Virus record (IMG/VR): IMGVR_UViG_3300028909_000018
Location: 32,001 to 96,000 of that record
Source: a virus
DNA: 64,000 nucleotides
Direction: 5' to 3' (one strand)
Shown piece by piece: positions 27,869 through 37,344 of the stretch; the stretch's first letter is position 1; each line of letters opens with the position of its first letter. The translations under genes and the position numbers were made by a program. The notes beneath the pieces were generated by a model. The model was not told where the DNA came from. It did no database searches and worked only from the letters and a program-made list of their open reading frames with translations.

Positions 27869-28531
27869 TCAACACGAAGACTTATCTTTGTTATATGCGA
27901 AGTAGTAAGAAATTCTGTCGGATTTGAAGGAGATGGCCCCCTTCTTGGAAACGCCGACGGCATAATCCGCATCAATTAGGTTTAATAGCTCACGCGGCAC
28001 GACAATTTTAAAAACCGCCTCGGTCTCTCCGATCAGCGTCGCTGCCGAGTCGCCATTCTCGTTGGCGTTGACCACTTCCAGATAAATCTTGGTTCCATTA
28101 CCCCGGAAGGTGATGTAGTCCGACTTCAGGATATTGGCCAGCTTCATGGTACTCGAATAATCTTCGTACTTCAAGCCAAAAGAAACATCATTCGTCATCT
28201 TGGCATACTTGGCCGGATTCTTTTCAAATTTAATGAATTCTGGCTTTGTAAGCTGATAATTACAGACATTTGTCTTGCCCTCGGTCGAAATCTTCAGAAA
28301 ACGATCCGAAACGACGACTTCGGGGTTATCATAAAGACTGAGGATGGAGAGAAGCTTTGGCAGGGAAAAGATCGAGAATGCTGTTTCGACCTCAACATCT
28401 GACTTCGTGGAGGCGAAAACACTTCCAGCAGCCGAGATGACCGACTGCTCAAATCCCTCAACAAAATGCATTTGAGGGTTAATTGTGGAGAAGTTTTTCA
28501 AAATCTCCACAAACGCCTTTGTAAACTTCAA
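27869..28531 (-). CDS. gp45: Sliding clamp
   Basis: ILKNFSTIN and F.I..L..LLS.LSL motifs; likely TTG start. Confidence 0.92.
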   Translation of the reverse strand: MKFTKAFVEILKNFSTINPQMHFVEGFEQSVISAAGSVFASTKSDVEVETAFSIFSLPKLLSILSLYDNPEVVVSDRFLKISTEGKTNVCNYQLTKPEFIKFEKNPAKYAKMTNDVSFGLKYEDYSSTMKLANILKSDYITFRGNGTKIYLEVVNANENGDSAATLIGETEAVFKIVVPRELLNLIDADYAVGVSKKGAISFKSDRISYYFAYNKDKSSC

Positions 28532-28532
28532 A

Positions 28533-28763
28533 TTACCAACCCCAGACTGAGAAGAAACCACCACTACGAAGGACGATGAGAGTCAAAATCCCACTTAGAA
28601 AGAAGACAAGTCCTGTACCGATATTCTTCCCCTTCCTTTCTTCATCGAAGTTTTTATGGTGATAAATTTCATAAAAAGTAACACTAGAACTGTATATTAG
28701 ACGTATCAATCCATTGATGATTATATACATATTCCAAATCAACATCCAATACTGAGGCCACAT
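28533..28763 (-). CDS. Small membrane protein
   Basis: Two hydrophobic segments. Confidence 0.5.
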   Translation of the reverse strand: MWPQYWMLIWNMYIIINGLIRLIYSSSVTFYEIYHHKNFDEERKGKNIGTGLVFFLSGILTLIVLRSGGFFSVWGW

Positions 28764-28841
28764 AGTTTACTTACCTTTATTTTTTGTTGGAGCAACATCT
28801 ACTTGTAGTTATTATTTAAAATAATTTAACCTATCTTATTG

Positions 28842-29837
28842 TTATTTATTCTTTTTTCCAAGTTTTGATATTTCCGCCGTTGGAGAAGCGCCGATACCCG
28901 CAAGATCGGCCAGACTTCCGCCGTAAACCATCGTGCCGGTGTGATTTGTCTTCATCCATGGGCAAAGCCAGATATGCAGACCGATCTGTTGGATTTTCTG
29001 GGAGAACCAATAATCCTCGGAAAGATATCTCTTAGAAGAACGACTGAAGGCATTGTTATACTCTTCTAAGAGCGTTGTCAAGTCGGCCTGAAGACCGGCT
29101 AGAACCTTTGTGTCTTCGGCTTCCTTGGTCTTCTCAAGCGCCATCACGACGCGATTTTTAAAGACGTTCAAATCAGGAACGTCGATTTCTGCCTGAAAGA
29201 ACTGGCAAATCTCTCTTGAACCGTCGAAATGCTCAGTACGAACATGATCTGGACGATACATATATTGAGGGAAAGACTCCTGAAACTTGACCAAGGTGCT
29301 GCGGCGGATCATCATGAATCCGGTCCCACCTTCTAGAATTTCACAAGGCTCTCCAATCGGAATGTTGCCGGTTCCCGACTTGGGATTGAACACGAAGTCA
29401 CCAACGAACTTATCCAGAACTTGGGGATTCTCGTCGTTGGGTCCACAGACGCCTGAATTGACGGCCTGAACGATCTTCTCCCAGCTAATGCACTTCTTGG
29501 GGTAAGGAGCACAAAGCACATCGTATGGTGAATCATCGGTCATGATGCCCATCATGGCGATAACATCGCCGGGATCGAAGCCGATGTCGGCGTCTAGGAA
29601 CAGAAGATAATCCATCTTCGAACGAAGAAATTCATCGACGCAGTAATTACGGGCTCTGGTAATCAGAGACTCGTTGAAAAGTGCAAAGAATTGAAGTTCA
29701 ATATTATAACGTGTGCAGATGGCCGTCAGGTCGGCCATTGATTTGGTATACATACCACCACACATACCGCCATACATTGGCGTAGCAACAAATAATTTCT
29801 TCTTGGCCAATTCCTCATGAGTTAACTTAATTTCCAT
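28842..29837 (-). CDS. Glycosyltransferase-like (GT-A) conserved T4-like protein
   Basis: ATPMYGG, NESLITRARN, FLDADI (DxD), GTGFMMI and YLSEDY motifs. Confidence 0.8.
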   Translation of the reverse strand: MEIKLTHEELAKKKLFVATPMYGGMCGGMYTKSMADLTAICTRYNIELQFFALFNESLITRARNYCVDEFLRSKMDYLLFLDADIGFDPGDVIAMMGIMTDDSPYDVLCAPYPKKCISWEKIVQAVNSGVCGPNDENPQVLDKFVGDFVFNPKSGTGNIPIGEPCEILEGGTGFMMIRRSTLVKFQESFPQYMYRPDHVRTEHFDGSREICQFFQAEIDVPDLNVFKNRVVMALEKTKEAEDTKVLAGLQADLTTLLEEYNNAFSRSSKRYLSEDYWFSQKIQQIGLHIWLCPWMKTNHTGTMVYGGSLADLAGIGASPTAEISKLGKKNK

Positions 29838-30070
29838 ATGGTTTTATATTTCCTTTTCTTGTTTTTGGGATTTTCTTGTTAGGATCAGTCTATTATTTTT
29901 CATTACTGAATCCCACTCTTCCATGTCGATTGTAACCGTATTCCAGTTGTCACTTATCTTTATTGCATACTCAGATAAGATATATCCGGCCAAACTTATA
30001 TCGATATCCGCGACATGTATAGATGAAATTCCTGTTGTCGTTGTCCATGGTGCTACGTAATCTTTAAACA

Positions 30071-30490
30071 TTAGAATTTTTTGCCACCCTTTTTTTCACG
30101 GTTCTCAACCTTATGGTCGGCGCGAGTGGTGTTATAAAGAAACTTTTCCACCACGGCCCCACCGATATCCAACCCCTGTTGTGCGGCAAGATCGAAGATG
30201 CGGATCACGGCGTCGGCCAGTTCGGCCTCAATTCCCTTGCGGTTCGGTAGATGGTCATCCATCAGGCCCTTGCGCTGCGCCTCCAACGCCTCGGATAGTT
30301 CCGAATGAATCAGGGCAATCATGGTGGAAATGAGATAGTTTTCGAAGACCGGAACCAGCTTAGGCGCGTGTTCAGTCAAAATGCTGGTGATTTCATCGGA
30401 CTTGTTACGCCAGCCCTGCTTGATATTGAAATCACCAACAATCTTCGACATTAAATTTAGGTTGTCACCATCATAGTCTGTAAGTTTCAA
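30071..30490 (-). CDS. MazG-like NTP pyrophosphohydrolase
   Basis: LIHSELSEALEA.RK and ELADAVIRIFDL motifs. Confidence 0.88.
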   Translation of the reverse strand: MKLTDYDGDNLNLMSKIVGDFNIKQGWRNKSDEITSILTEHAPKLVPVFENYLISTMIALIHSELSEALEAQRKGLMDDHLPNRKGIEAELADAVIRIFDLAAQQGLDIGGAVVEKFLYNTTRADHKVENREKKGGKKF

Positions 30491-30493
30491 AAC

Positions 30494-30994
30494 TCAATCC
30501 TTTGTGTAATAGTCTAGGTTACGGGGAGTATAGTTATCTAGCATCTCGACGCAGATATTATAACGACGAGCCATATTTGCGACTCGGGAATCTCCAATTT
30601 CATCATGAACGTGACCATAGAGATGGATGGAACCATGGAATTTCTTGTTCCACGACTCGATGGGATAGTGATCCATCACGACATGTTTGCTGTTATGAAC
30701 GAATTCAAGCCGCGTGTGGATGGCCTTCCAGCCCAAATTTCTCGTCGCCGTATGGTCATGGTTGCCCAGCACCAATTCCTTATAACCCTTCAGGCGTTGA
30801 AATATTCCGGTATCACTCTTGTAGAACATGAAGTCGCCATTACAAATCACCCGATCTGTAGGTTCGACAACAGAATTCCAATTTTTAATCAGAGCCTCGT
30901 CCATCTCCGTGACGGAGGCGAAGGGGCGGTTACAAAACTTGATGATATTCGCGTGTCCAAAGTGTGGATCGGAGATTACCCATGTGTTTGTCAT
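30494..30994 (-). CDS. Metallophosphoesterase
   Basis: SDPHFGH, GD, GNHD and GHVH motifs. Confidence 0.92.
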   Translation of the reverse strand: MTNTWVISDPHFGHANIIKFCNRPFASVTEMDEALIKNWNSVVEPTDRVICNGDFMFYKSDTGIFQRLKGYKELVLGNHDHTATRNLGWKAIHTRLEFVHNSKHVVMDHYPIESWNKKFHGSIHLYGHVHDEIGDSRVANMARRYNICVEMLDNYTPRNLDYYTKD

Positions 30995-31023
30995 TCTAAA
31001 ATTCCTTCTTCATTTTCATCATT

Positions 31024-31413
31024 CTACTTCAAAGACTTCAAACATGCAAGCAAAAACCCCTGCACGTCTTCAAAATTATTCTGGTCATTCAAACGGTCGA
31101 TTCCGTTATATCCGTTAAGATAGGACATTCTGTTAAGAAAAGCTAACGTTTTTGTGTCGGCATCTAGCCTATAGGCGGCACCAAGAATACAAAACTTACA
31201 GGCATCTGCACTGGAAGGATCGAATAGATGTATGTTATTTATATCCTTTGCGAGAGCATATTGACACCAATTCTCTTCTTTTTTGATTAATTCTGAAATA
31301 TTTTCGATATCGGTACGAATAACCAGCTTGGCCTCTTCATAGTCTTTGTTAATGACAGGTTTCCTAGAAAAAGTCTTTGAAAGCCGACTTGTCAAGTTTC
31401 TTACTAGTATCAT
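31024..31413 (-). CDS. Hypothetical protein (WCQ...FCILGA family); start uncertain
   Basis: Conserved-looking motif; the ORF-track start overlaps the gp41 end. Confidence 0.6.
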   Translation of the reverse strand: MILVRNLTSRLSKTFSRKPVINKDYEEAKLVIRTDIENISELIKKEENWCQYALAKDINNIHLFDPSSADACKFCILGAAYRLDADTKTLAFLNRMSYLNGYNGIDRLNDQNNFEDVQGFLLACLKSLK

Positions 31414-32746
31414 TTATAAATCTTTCCTTCTCTTCCTTAGTGTTGGACATGGTATTCTGGTCTGTCGCGCCGAGATTGAACAACTGCATCTTGGCCTTGT
31501 TAATCCCGACGAGAAACTTCTTATAGGTGTTCACGTCGTTATATCTATTTTTAATTTGAACGAACTGCATCTGACGATCCCGCTCTAGCTCTTCTGACGA
31601 CATGAGAGCCCAGATATGATCCGCCGTCATGGCGGTGCCAAAACTTTCAGAAACATCTTCCATGCCGGGATCAGACGAGGTATAACCCGATCTATTAAAT
31701 TGAGTCGCGGTGATAATCGGCACCGAGAATTCAACCGATAGACCACGTATTTCTTCACCCACCACCTTGACATATTCATAAATGCTGCCACCACCCATCT
31801 TCATGGTGGAGGAAAGACAGATATTCAGATAATCAATATAGATGATGTCGGGAACGAAATTCTTCTTTAATTTCAATTCCTTGATAACGGCCCGAAAGTT
31901 GGCCGAGCCAGCCTGTCGGGTAGGATATTCCTTGACGACTAGCCGTCCTGTCGTCTTGGCCTTCAATCTATTGATACTATTAACGAAATGTTCCTTTGGA
32001 AGCATTAGAAGTTGATCAACGTCCAAGTCCAGAATGTTCTCGTCAATACGCTGGGAAATCATCTCTTCAGACATTTCCAAGGTGATATAAAGGACGTTCT
32101 TTCCCTGAAGAAGATTATTGGCGGCGAAGGCACACATGACGAAGGATTTACCGACACCGGGACCGGCCATCAGGATCGTCAACGTCTTCTGAGACACGCC
32201 CCCCTTGGTGATCTTATTTAAGATATCGATATCAAAAGAAATCTTGTTCTGAATCTGGTGATAATATTCAAAACGAGACTCGGCATCATCAAGATAATCA
32301 TGCCCAATACTGTTGTCGAAAGTGATGGCACAGGCCTGCGACATGATGTCTGGAATAGCGCCACGATCAAGCTTACCATCCTTGTCGTCGCAAATCTGAA
32401 TAGACTTCAGGAGGGCTAGGTAGATGGCCCTGTTCTTGGCGAATTTCTCCGTCTCATTGAAGAGCCAATCAACGCTTGTGGCCGGATCAATCTCCAGTTC
32501 ATCCACAATTTTCTTGCACTCTTCAAATTGTGTGTCATTGACCTTATCCTTGTTGGAAAGATCGATCCATGCTGCTTCTTTTGAAGGTAGTGTGTTATAT
32601 TTCGCGATGTAGCTACCAATAACGTCAAAGACGATCCTATCATGAGCATCCTCGAAATATTCCGGCTTGATATATGGAAGTACCTTCCTCGTGTACTGTT
32701 CATTGAACATGAGGTTGGATAAGATGATCCTATCGAAATTGATGAT
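31364..32746 (-). CDS. gp41: Replicative DNA helicase
   Basis: AGPGVGKS, TLEMSE, KEYPT, DYLNI, TATQ.NR and SESFG motifs. The conserved N-terminus extends upstream of ATG 32710. Confidence 0.96.
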   Translation of the reverse strand: MINFDRIILSNLMFNEQYTRKVLPYIKPEYFEDAHDRIVFDVIGSYIAKYNTLPSKEAAWIDLSNKDKVNDTQFEECKKIVDELEIDPATSVDWLFNETEKFAKNRAIYLALLKSIQICDDKDGKLDRGAIPDIMSQACAITFDNSIGHDYLDDAESRFEYYHQIQNKISFDIDILNKITKGGVSQKTLTILMAGPGVGKSFVMCAFAANNLLQGKNVLYITLEMSEEMISQRIDENILDLDVDQLLMLPKEHFVNSINRLKAKTTGRLVVKEYPTRQAGSANFRAVIKELKLKKNFVPDIIYIDYLNICLSSTMKMGGGSIYEYVKVVGEEIRGLSVEFSVPIITATQFNRSGYTSSDPGMEDVSESFGTAMTADHIWALMSSEELERDRQMQFVQIKNRYNDVNTYKKFLVGINKAKMQLFNLGATDQNTMSNTKEEKERFINDTSKKLDKSAFKDFF

Positions 32747-32760
32747 GAAGTTCCTTCTAA

Positions 32761-33654
32761 TTACCTATTTTTAGGAACGTAACATCCGGTCTCTTGAAAA
32801 CCTGGGAAGGCCTTCGGAGTTGAATTCTGGATGAAAATCCCTCTTTTTCTTAGACCCTGAATTGTATCATAGTTCAAGACGGCAATCCAGACCGGATTTG
32901 AATTTCTTTCAAAATCCACATTGACGGTATCAAATTTGACATCCTCACCGAATCCGGTTCCCAGACTGGCGGTAGCATCCATATCACTCGCATAGGTGAT
33001 GATGGTTCTGCCGCTAGTCTTCACTTCATTACCAACAAAACCTGTTGAATTTCTAAGAGCACCCATATTTTGAGCAGGCACGGCGCTAGAGCAATACATC
33101 TGCTGCGATGACTGACTCAAACCGACCCCACCCATCGTGGTGATGGGTCTATCACTACTCCACATCGGAAAATTACCAAACTGTGGCTGGGGATATACAT
33201 ACGCATTAGTATGTAAATAACGAACCACTGGCGTCACAGGAGGAATGTATCTTTCCTCAAACACCATGCAACCTATCACACCTTGGTTAGAAGTGTCAAC
33301 ATCAAACCCCTCTGATTTTAGAATTTCTACGTAGGTGGTATTGGCCTTGGCATCCTGTGGTCTAAACTGGAATGCAGCAGCCTTGTTGGAGTTGATCTTC
33401 CAGCCGGGAATGGTGACATAACTATAAGGTCCAACAATATATCCTGTTGACTTATCGGATGCCGTCTTGCCTTCAATAACGTCAAGACCATCGACCGAAA
33501 ATACGACTTCTACTTTTCTGTGGGTTTTGTTGTAAAAATACAACTCATATTCTGTGCCTTTTCGGCCCTCGACGTAGGTGTCGGCACCATGTTCATATTC
33601 TTTTAATGGAGCATTCTTAACACGGACTTCGAACGTAAACTTAGAGCATTGCAT
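32761..33654 (-). CDS. Conserved hypothetical protein (SVDGLDV family)
   Basis: YVEGRKG.EY, SVDGLDV and GVIG motifs; late promoter upstream. Confidence 0.75.
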   Translation of the reverse strand: MQCSKFTFEVRVKNAPLKEYEHGADTYVEGRKGTEYELYFYNKTHRKVEVVFSVDGLDVIEGKTASDKSTGYIVGPYSYVTIPGWKINSNKAAAFQFRPQDAKANTTYVEILKSEGFDVDTSNQGVIGCMVFEERYIPPVTPVVRYLHTNAYVYPQPQFGNFPMWSSDRPITTMGGVGLSQSSQQMYCSSAVPAQNMGALRNSTGFVGNEVKTSGRTIITYASDMDATASLGTGFGEDVKFDTVNVDFERNSNPVWIAVLNYDTIQGLRKRGIFIQNSTPKAFPGFQETGCYVPKNR

Positions 33655-33718
33655 GTGTTTCTCCTTCTGAGACTGCCTAGGAACTTACTTTCCTGCCTAG
33701 GACTTGATGCATCTCTAT

Positions 33719-34066
33719 TTATAGGACTTCCACATGCAAAACTGCGGTTCCGGCCTCCAAAAACCCCAAAACATTTGCGACACCCTTGGAACAGTCAAGG
33801 TCTCTGCCTCTAACGAACGGTCCACGATCAGTAACGGTGGCGACAACGGTCTTCCCATTTCTTAAATTTGTCAGCCTGACTCTGGTTCCTAGTTTCAGAC
33901 TTCGGTGTGCGACGGTAAGCCCATTAGGATTCCAGTGGGCTCCATTGGCCGTAAATTTACCTGATTCGCTTCCATACCATGACGACAGAGTATTAAATTC
34001 CTGATGCCCCGCCTGCGCCTTCACCATCAAAAAGATAACAATGATAAAGGCGTAGAGGAACTTCAA
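33719..34066 (-). CDS. rlpA: RlpA-like lytic transglycosylase (DPBB)
   Basis: Signal peptide, SWYG, TANG, AHRSL..GT.V and DRGPF..GR.LD.S motifs. Confidence 0.92.
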   Translation of the reverse strand: MKFLYAFIIVIFLMVKAQAGHQEFNTLSSWYGSESGKFTANGAHWNPNGLTVAHRSLKLGTRVRLTNLRNGKTVVATVTDRGPFVRGRDLDCSKGVANVLGFLEAGTAVLHVEVL

Positions 34067-34286
34067 CTAATCTCTCCGGGAACCAACGAGCCATCGAAGA
34101 AGAATTCCTTCTCCATGACCCTAACAATCCCCTCTCGATCCTTAAAAATAATCATTGTGATATAATCGAAGGTACGGTCGGGGAGCAGCTTGGAGTAGAT
34201 GCCCTCACCAATGATTTTATATGATTCATTCAGAACCAAATCCTTGTAATATTCACCAATATATGGCTGTCTCAAATAATGTGATT

Positions 34287-37001
34287 TCAAAATGTACATC
34301 CTCCCGCGACACAGGCCAATTCCTGCGTATTTGTTGTTGAGTCTTCCTTCTCGAATTCAACCAGTGACGACCAGTCAACGTTCTGAGGCATCTTCGCCAC
34401 CAGACTTTCATATTCTTCTGAATTACACTCGGTGAATGGTGCCTGCTGATAGACAGTATCACCCTCTTCGGCAGGCAAGAACGAAACGCCGCTCATCCAT
34501 TCAAAGTTTTTATAGACCCATGCGCCGACTTCCAACCATTCATCTTCCTTGACGGAGATGGTGACGGAAGGCTTATGCTCACAATAATCCTTCTGATAGG
34601 CCAACCAAAGTTCAAGATGTTCGATGGCCGAGATTTCCTTACGCCCGATGGAGCCGGGAGCAGACTTGATTGGAAATTTAAAACAGACGACATTCTTTGG
34701 GTCCATCACATCAGTCTCCCATGGGAAGCCAGCATCCATCATGAACTTCGTCAGAGGGTCTTTCAGATCGTTTCTCACATACCGCACATAGGTTGGTGAG
34801 TAGGATGGATGGAAGCCTGATGAGGTTCCGTTGAAGGCCGACGAGGTACCTTCTGGCTTGATACAGGTGATGGCGACGGAGGCATTGATGCCGATTTCCT
34901 TGGCCACCTTCATATTTGTTCTGATGGCTTCCGCCTTCATAGAAGTTCGGAAATTTTCAAAATCAAATTGAGCATTTTCATCAAACTCATTATTCTCATA
35001 GGCCTGACCATTCGTCCAACCATTATCGAAGACGCCATTGAGAGAGACACCCAGCAAACGCTCTTCCTCACAATTACGCTGCCACTTCTTTTTCAGATAT
35101 TTAAAATCTGTGAAGCAAGACTGGAAGGTGCCAAGGATCGTCGCCAACTTGATTTTATTCAGGATGGATTGCTTACTGTCATCCTCATAAATCTGGACTG
35201 ATGTCAGGTTACAGAATTCATAGGGACGTAGAATGATTTCCGCGCAATTATGGACAACAATAAAATCTGCAATAAAATTATGAGTGTCTTCCACACTAAG
35301 ATCATAAACATCTGTAATCGGTCCTTCTTGAATAGAAATTACATTTGCATATTGATGTAAATTGCTTTTTAAATCTTCTGGGATAGGAATAATTACCTTG
35401 GCCCCATGTCTAGAATTTTCGGGAGAAATAAATCCAATATTATTTACACATTTATCATTATATCCCACAACCCCATGATTATTTGGCTGTTCTATGCCGG
35501 TTAAACGCGCATGATCTTCATGAGACAAACATTCTAAATTATCAATATCATTATTATATGTATCTCCATCAATATGATGTACATCATATCCGACAGGAAT
35601 TTTTCCATAGTAAGCCTCGAAAACTAATCTATGTTCCATCACAATTTCTTGTTTTGTTTGTGTGGTTAATTTTACACCAGAATATGCTGCCCCCCTACGA
35701 TTTCTGGTAAGATGAACTACTCTATCACCAATTTTTATATTCTGTGCTTCCAGCCACCCACGACCTTCTACATAAATCTTATGGTCGGGTGTACAAATCA
35801 ATTCTTTACAAGAAGAAATTGTAATTTTCAATGTATTAGCCTTTTTCTTACTAATCCAAGAAGCAGAAGAATTTCTAATACAAAGTTTACCATTTTTGTC
35901 CATAGAATAAACCATGGTTGGTTCCTTAATATCTTTAATTTTTACTCTTCCATGGATCGTTTCGACCATACTATCGGGATGAAGACATGGATTTACCCCG
36001 AATTCATGGTTGGTGTCACGTTGCGGAGCATCCTCAAAGTTGATTGAACGATATTCGTTGGCGTTGTCAATCACGCGCCTGATGGCCTTGCGGGAGACGA
36101 TCCCACGTTCCCCAGAATGAGACTCGTAAAGGCTCAACCATTCCTTCATGAAGACGCCCATGTCGGGCTTCTCATTATATACAGCCGAGTTATTGGCGAG
36201 GCGACGATAAGGATTGGTCTTCCACCACGTCCCGCTCTTGGCGTCGCGCATACGGTCATCATTAAGGTCGGAGAGCGAGATAAGCGCCGAACGACGCACA
36301 CCACCAACCACGACGATATCCGCCACCTTACAGGCTATATCATGTGCCTCTAGCGTGGTGAGACGACGACCAGCCGCCTTCTTGAAGGTGTTGAGTGTGA
36401 AGCGTAGAAGTTCGACCAATGGGTCCGGTCCACTAGAACGACCACCCATGGTCTTCAGACGAGCCCCGGCAGGCCGAAGCTTGCTCACGTCCCACTTGGG
36501 TATTTGACCAATCATCAACAGGCTCAAAAACTCGCGGTAGCCCTTGGACCAGCCAAGGCGAGAGTCATCAAAGATGATGGTTGTGTCTGACTCAAAGAAG
36601 GTGTCGGGCAACTCAGGAAGCTGCTTGACGTTATCCGACTCGACGGAATAGCCGACGCCTGTGCCTGACATGAGGATGGCCATTTCCTCATCGAACGACT
36701 TCATGTCATCCATCGGAAGGTAGGCGCAATTATACAGGGCGACATGGTTCTTCTTCGCGGCGGGACCAGCCGTCATCAGAGCCCTCATCGAAGGCATGAT
36801 ATCATGGTTCAGAACGGCATTGTATAATTCGTCATAGTAAGGAGCGATATCGTAGTTATGCTTCTCCTTCAAAGACTCCCCAATGAAATCAAAGTATCTT
36901 TTTACGGTCTCTGACCAAGTCTCTCGTCTATTCTTACTATCAATGTATCGTGCATACCGGCTCGTAAAAATGAACTGTGAATATAGTGAATCCTTAAACA
37001 T
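34287..37001 (-). CDS. nrdJ: Class II (B12) ribonucleotide reductase with intein
   Basis: PSMRALM, NCAY, GGVRRSA, NP[intein]CAEI, IKPEGT, EHKPS and C-terminal CVAGGC. Confidence 0.95.
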   Translation of the reverse strand: MFKDSLYSQFIFTSRYARYIDSKNRRETWSETVKRYFDFIGESLKEKHNYDIAPYYDELYNAVLNHDIMPSMRALMTAGPAAKKNHVALYNCAYLPMDDMKSFDEEMAILMSGTGVGYSVESDNVKQLPELPDTFFESDTTIIFDDSRLGWSKGYREFLSLLMIGQIPKWDVSKLRPAGARLKTMGGRSSGPDPLVELLRFTLNTFKKAAGRRLTTLEAHDIACKVADIVVVGGVRRSALISLSDLNDDRMRDAKSGTWWKTNPYRRLANNSAVYNEKPDMGVFMKEWLSLYESHSGERGIVSRKAIRRVIDNANEYRSINFEDAPQRDTNHEFGVNPCLHPDSMVETIHGRVKIKDIKEPTMVYSMDKNGKLCIRNSSASWISKKKANTLKITISSCKELICTPDHKIYVEGRGWLEAQNIKIGDRVVHLTRNRRGAAYSGVKLTTQTKQEIVMEHRLVFEAYYGKIPVGYDVHHIDGDTYNNDIDNLECLSHEDHARLTGIEQPNNHGVVGYNDKCVNNIGFISPENSRHGAKVIIPIPEDLKSNLHQYANVISIQEGPITDVYDLSVEDTHNFIADFIVVHNCAEIILRPYEFCNLTSVQIYEDDSKQSILNKIKLATILGTFQSCFTDFKYLKKKWQRNCEEERLLGVSLNGVFDNGWTNGQAYENNEFDENAQFDFENFRTSMKAEAIRTNMKVAKEIGINASVAITCIKPEGTSSAFNGTSSGFHPSYSPTYVRYVRNDLKDPLTKFMMDAGFPWETDVMDPKNVVCFKFPIKSAPGSIGRKEISAIEHLELWLAYQKDYCEHKPSVTISVKEDEWLEVGAWVYKNFEWMSGVSFLPAEEGDTVYQQAPFTECNSEEYESLVAKMPQNVDWSSLVEFEKEDSTTNTQELACVAGGCTF
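35247..35987 (-). mobile_element. Intein (247 aa) with HNH endonuclease
   Basis: Starts CLHPD, block B CTPDH, block F VYDLSV..THNF, ends VHN/C. Internal HHIDG...NN..NL; AT-richer than its flanks. Confidence 0.95.
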
Positions 37002-37344
37002 CTTGCTCCTTATTATTTTTATTTTTTATGAAATCTCTGTAATCGTCTTTTAAATCACCGTTGTCGTCATAACAACCATATCCATTGTTGACGTATTGAT
37101 CATATGCTTCTAACACGGATACTGGTAACGGCGGTTCTTTTTCTTTTCTTGTGATTATTACTTCTTGTGTATAGAAGTTTCCATCATAATCACAAAGACA
37201 TTCACCTATCACATAATGTTGAAAAACTACCTTCCAAATACTAGACTTGATTTGTTGACGTGTATACTCATTATTAGGTTCGAAGAGATGATAAGAAACA
37301 GCCGCCTTTATATCTTCAATAAAATTTAGTGGTGTTTCACTCAT
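36994..37344 (-). CDS. Small protein resembling the tail sheath C-terminal domain
   Basis: FIEDIKAAVSYHLFEPNNEYTRQQIKSSI...CLCD. Confidence 0.6.
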   Translation of the reverse strand: MSETPLNFIEDIKAAVSYHLFEPNNEYTRQQIKSSIWKVVFQHYVIGECLCDYDGNFYTQEVIITRKEKEPPLPVSVLEAYDQYVNNGYGCYDDNGDLKDDYRDFIKNKNNKEQDV

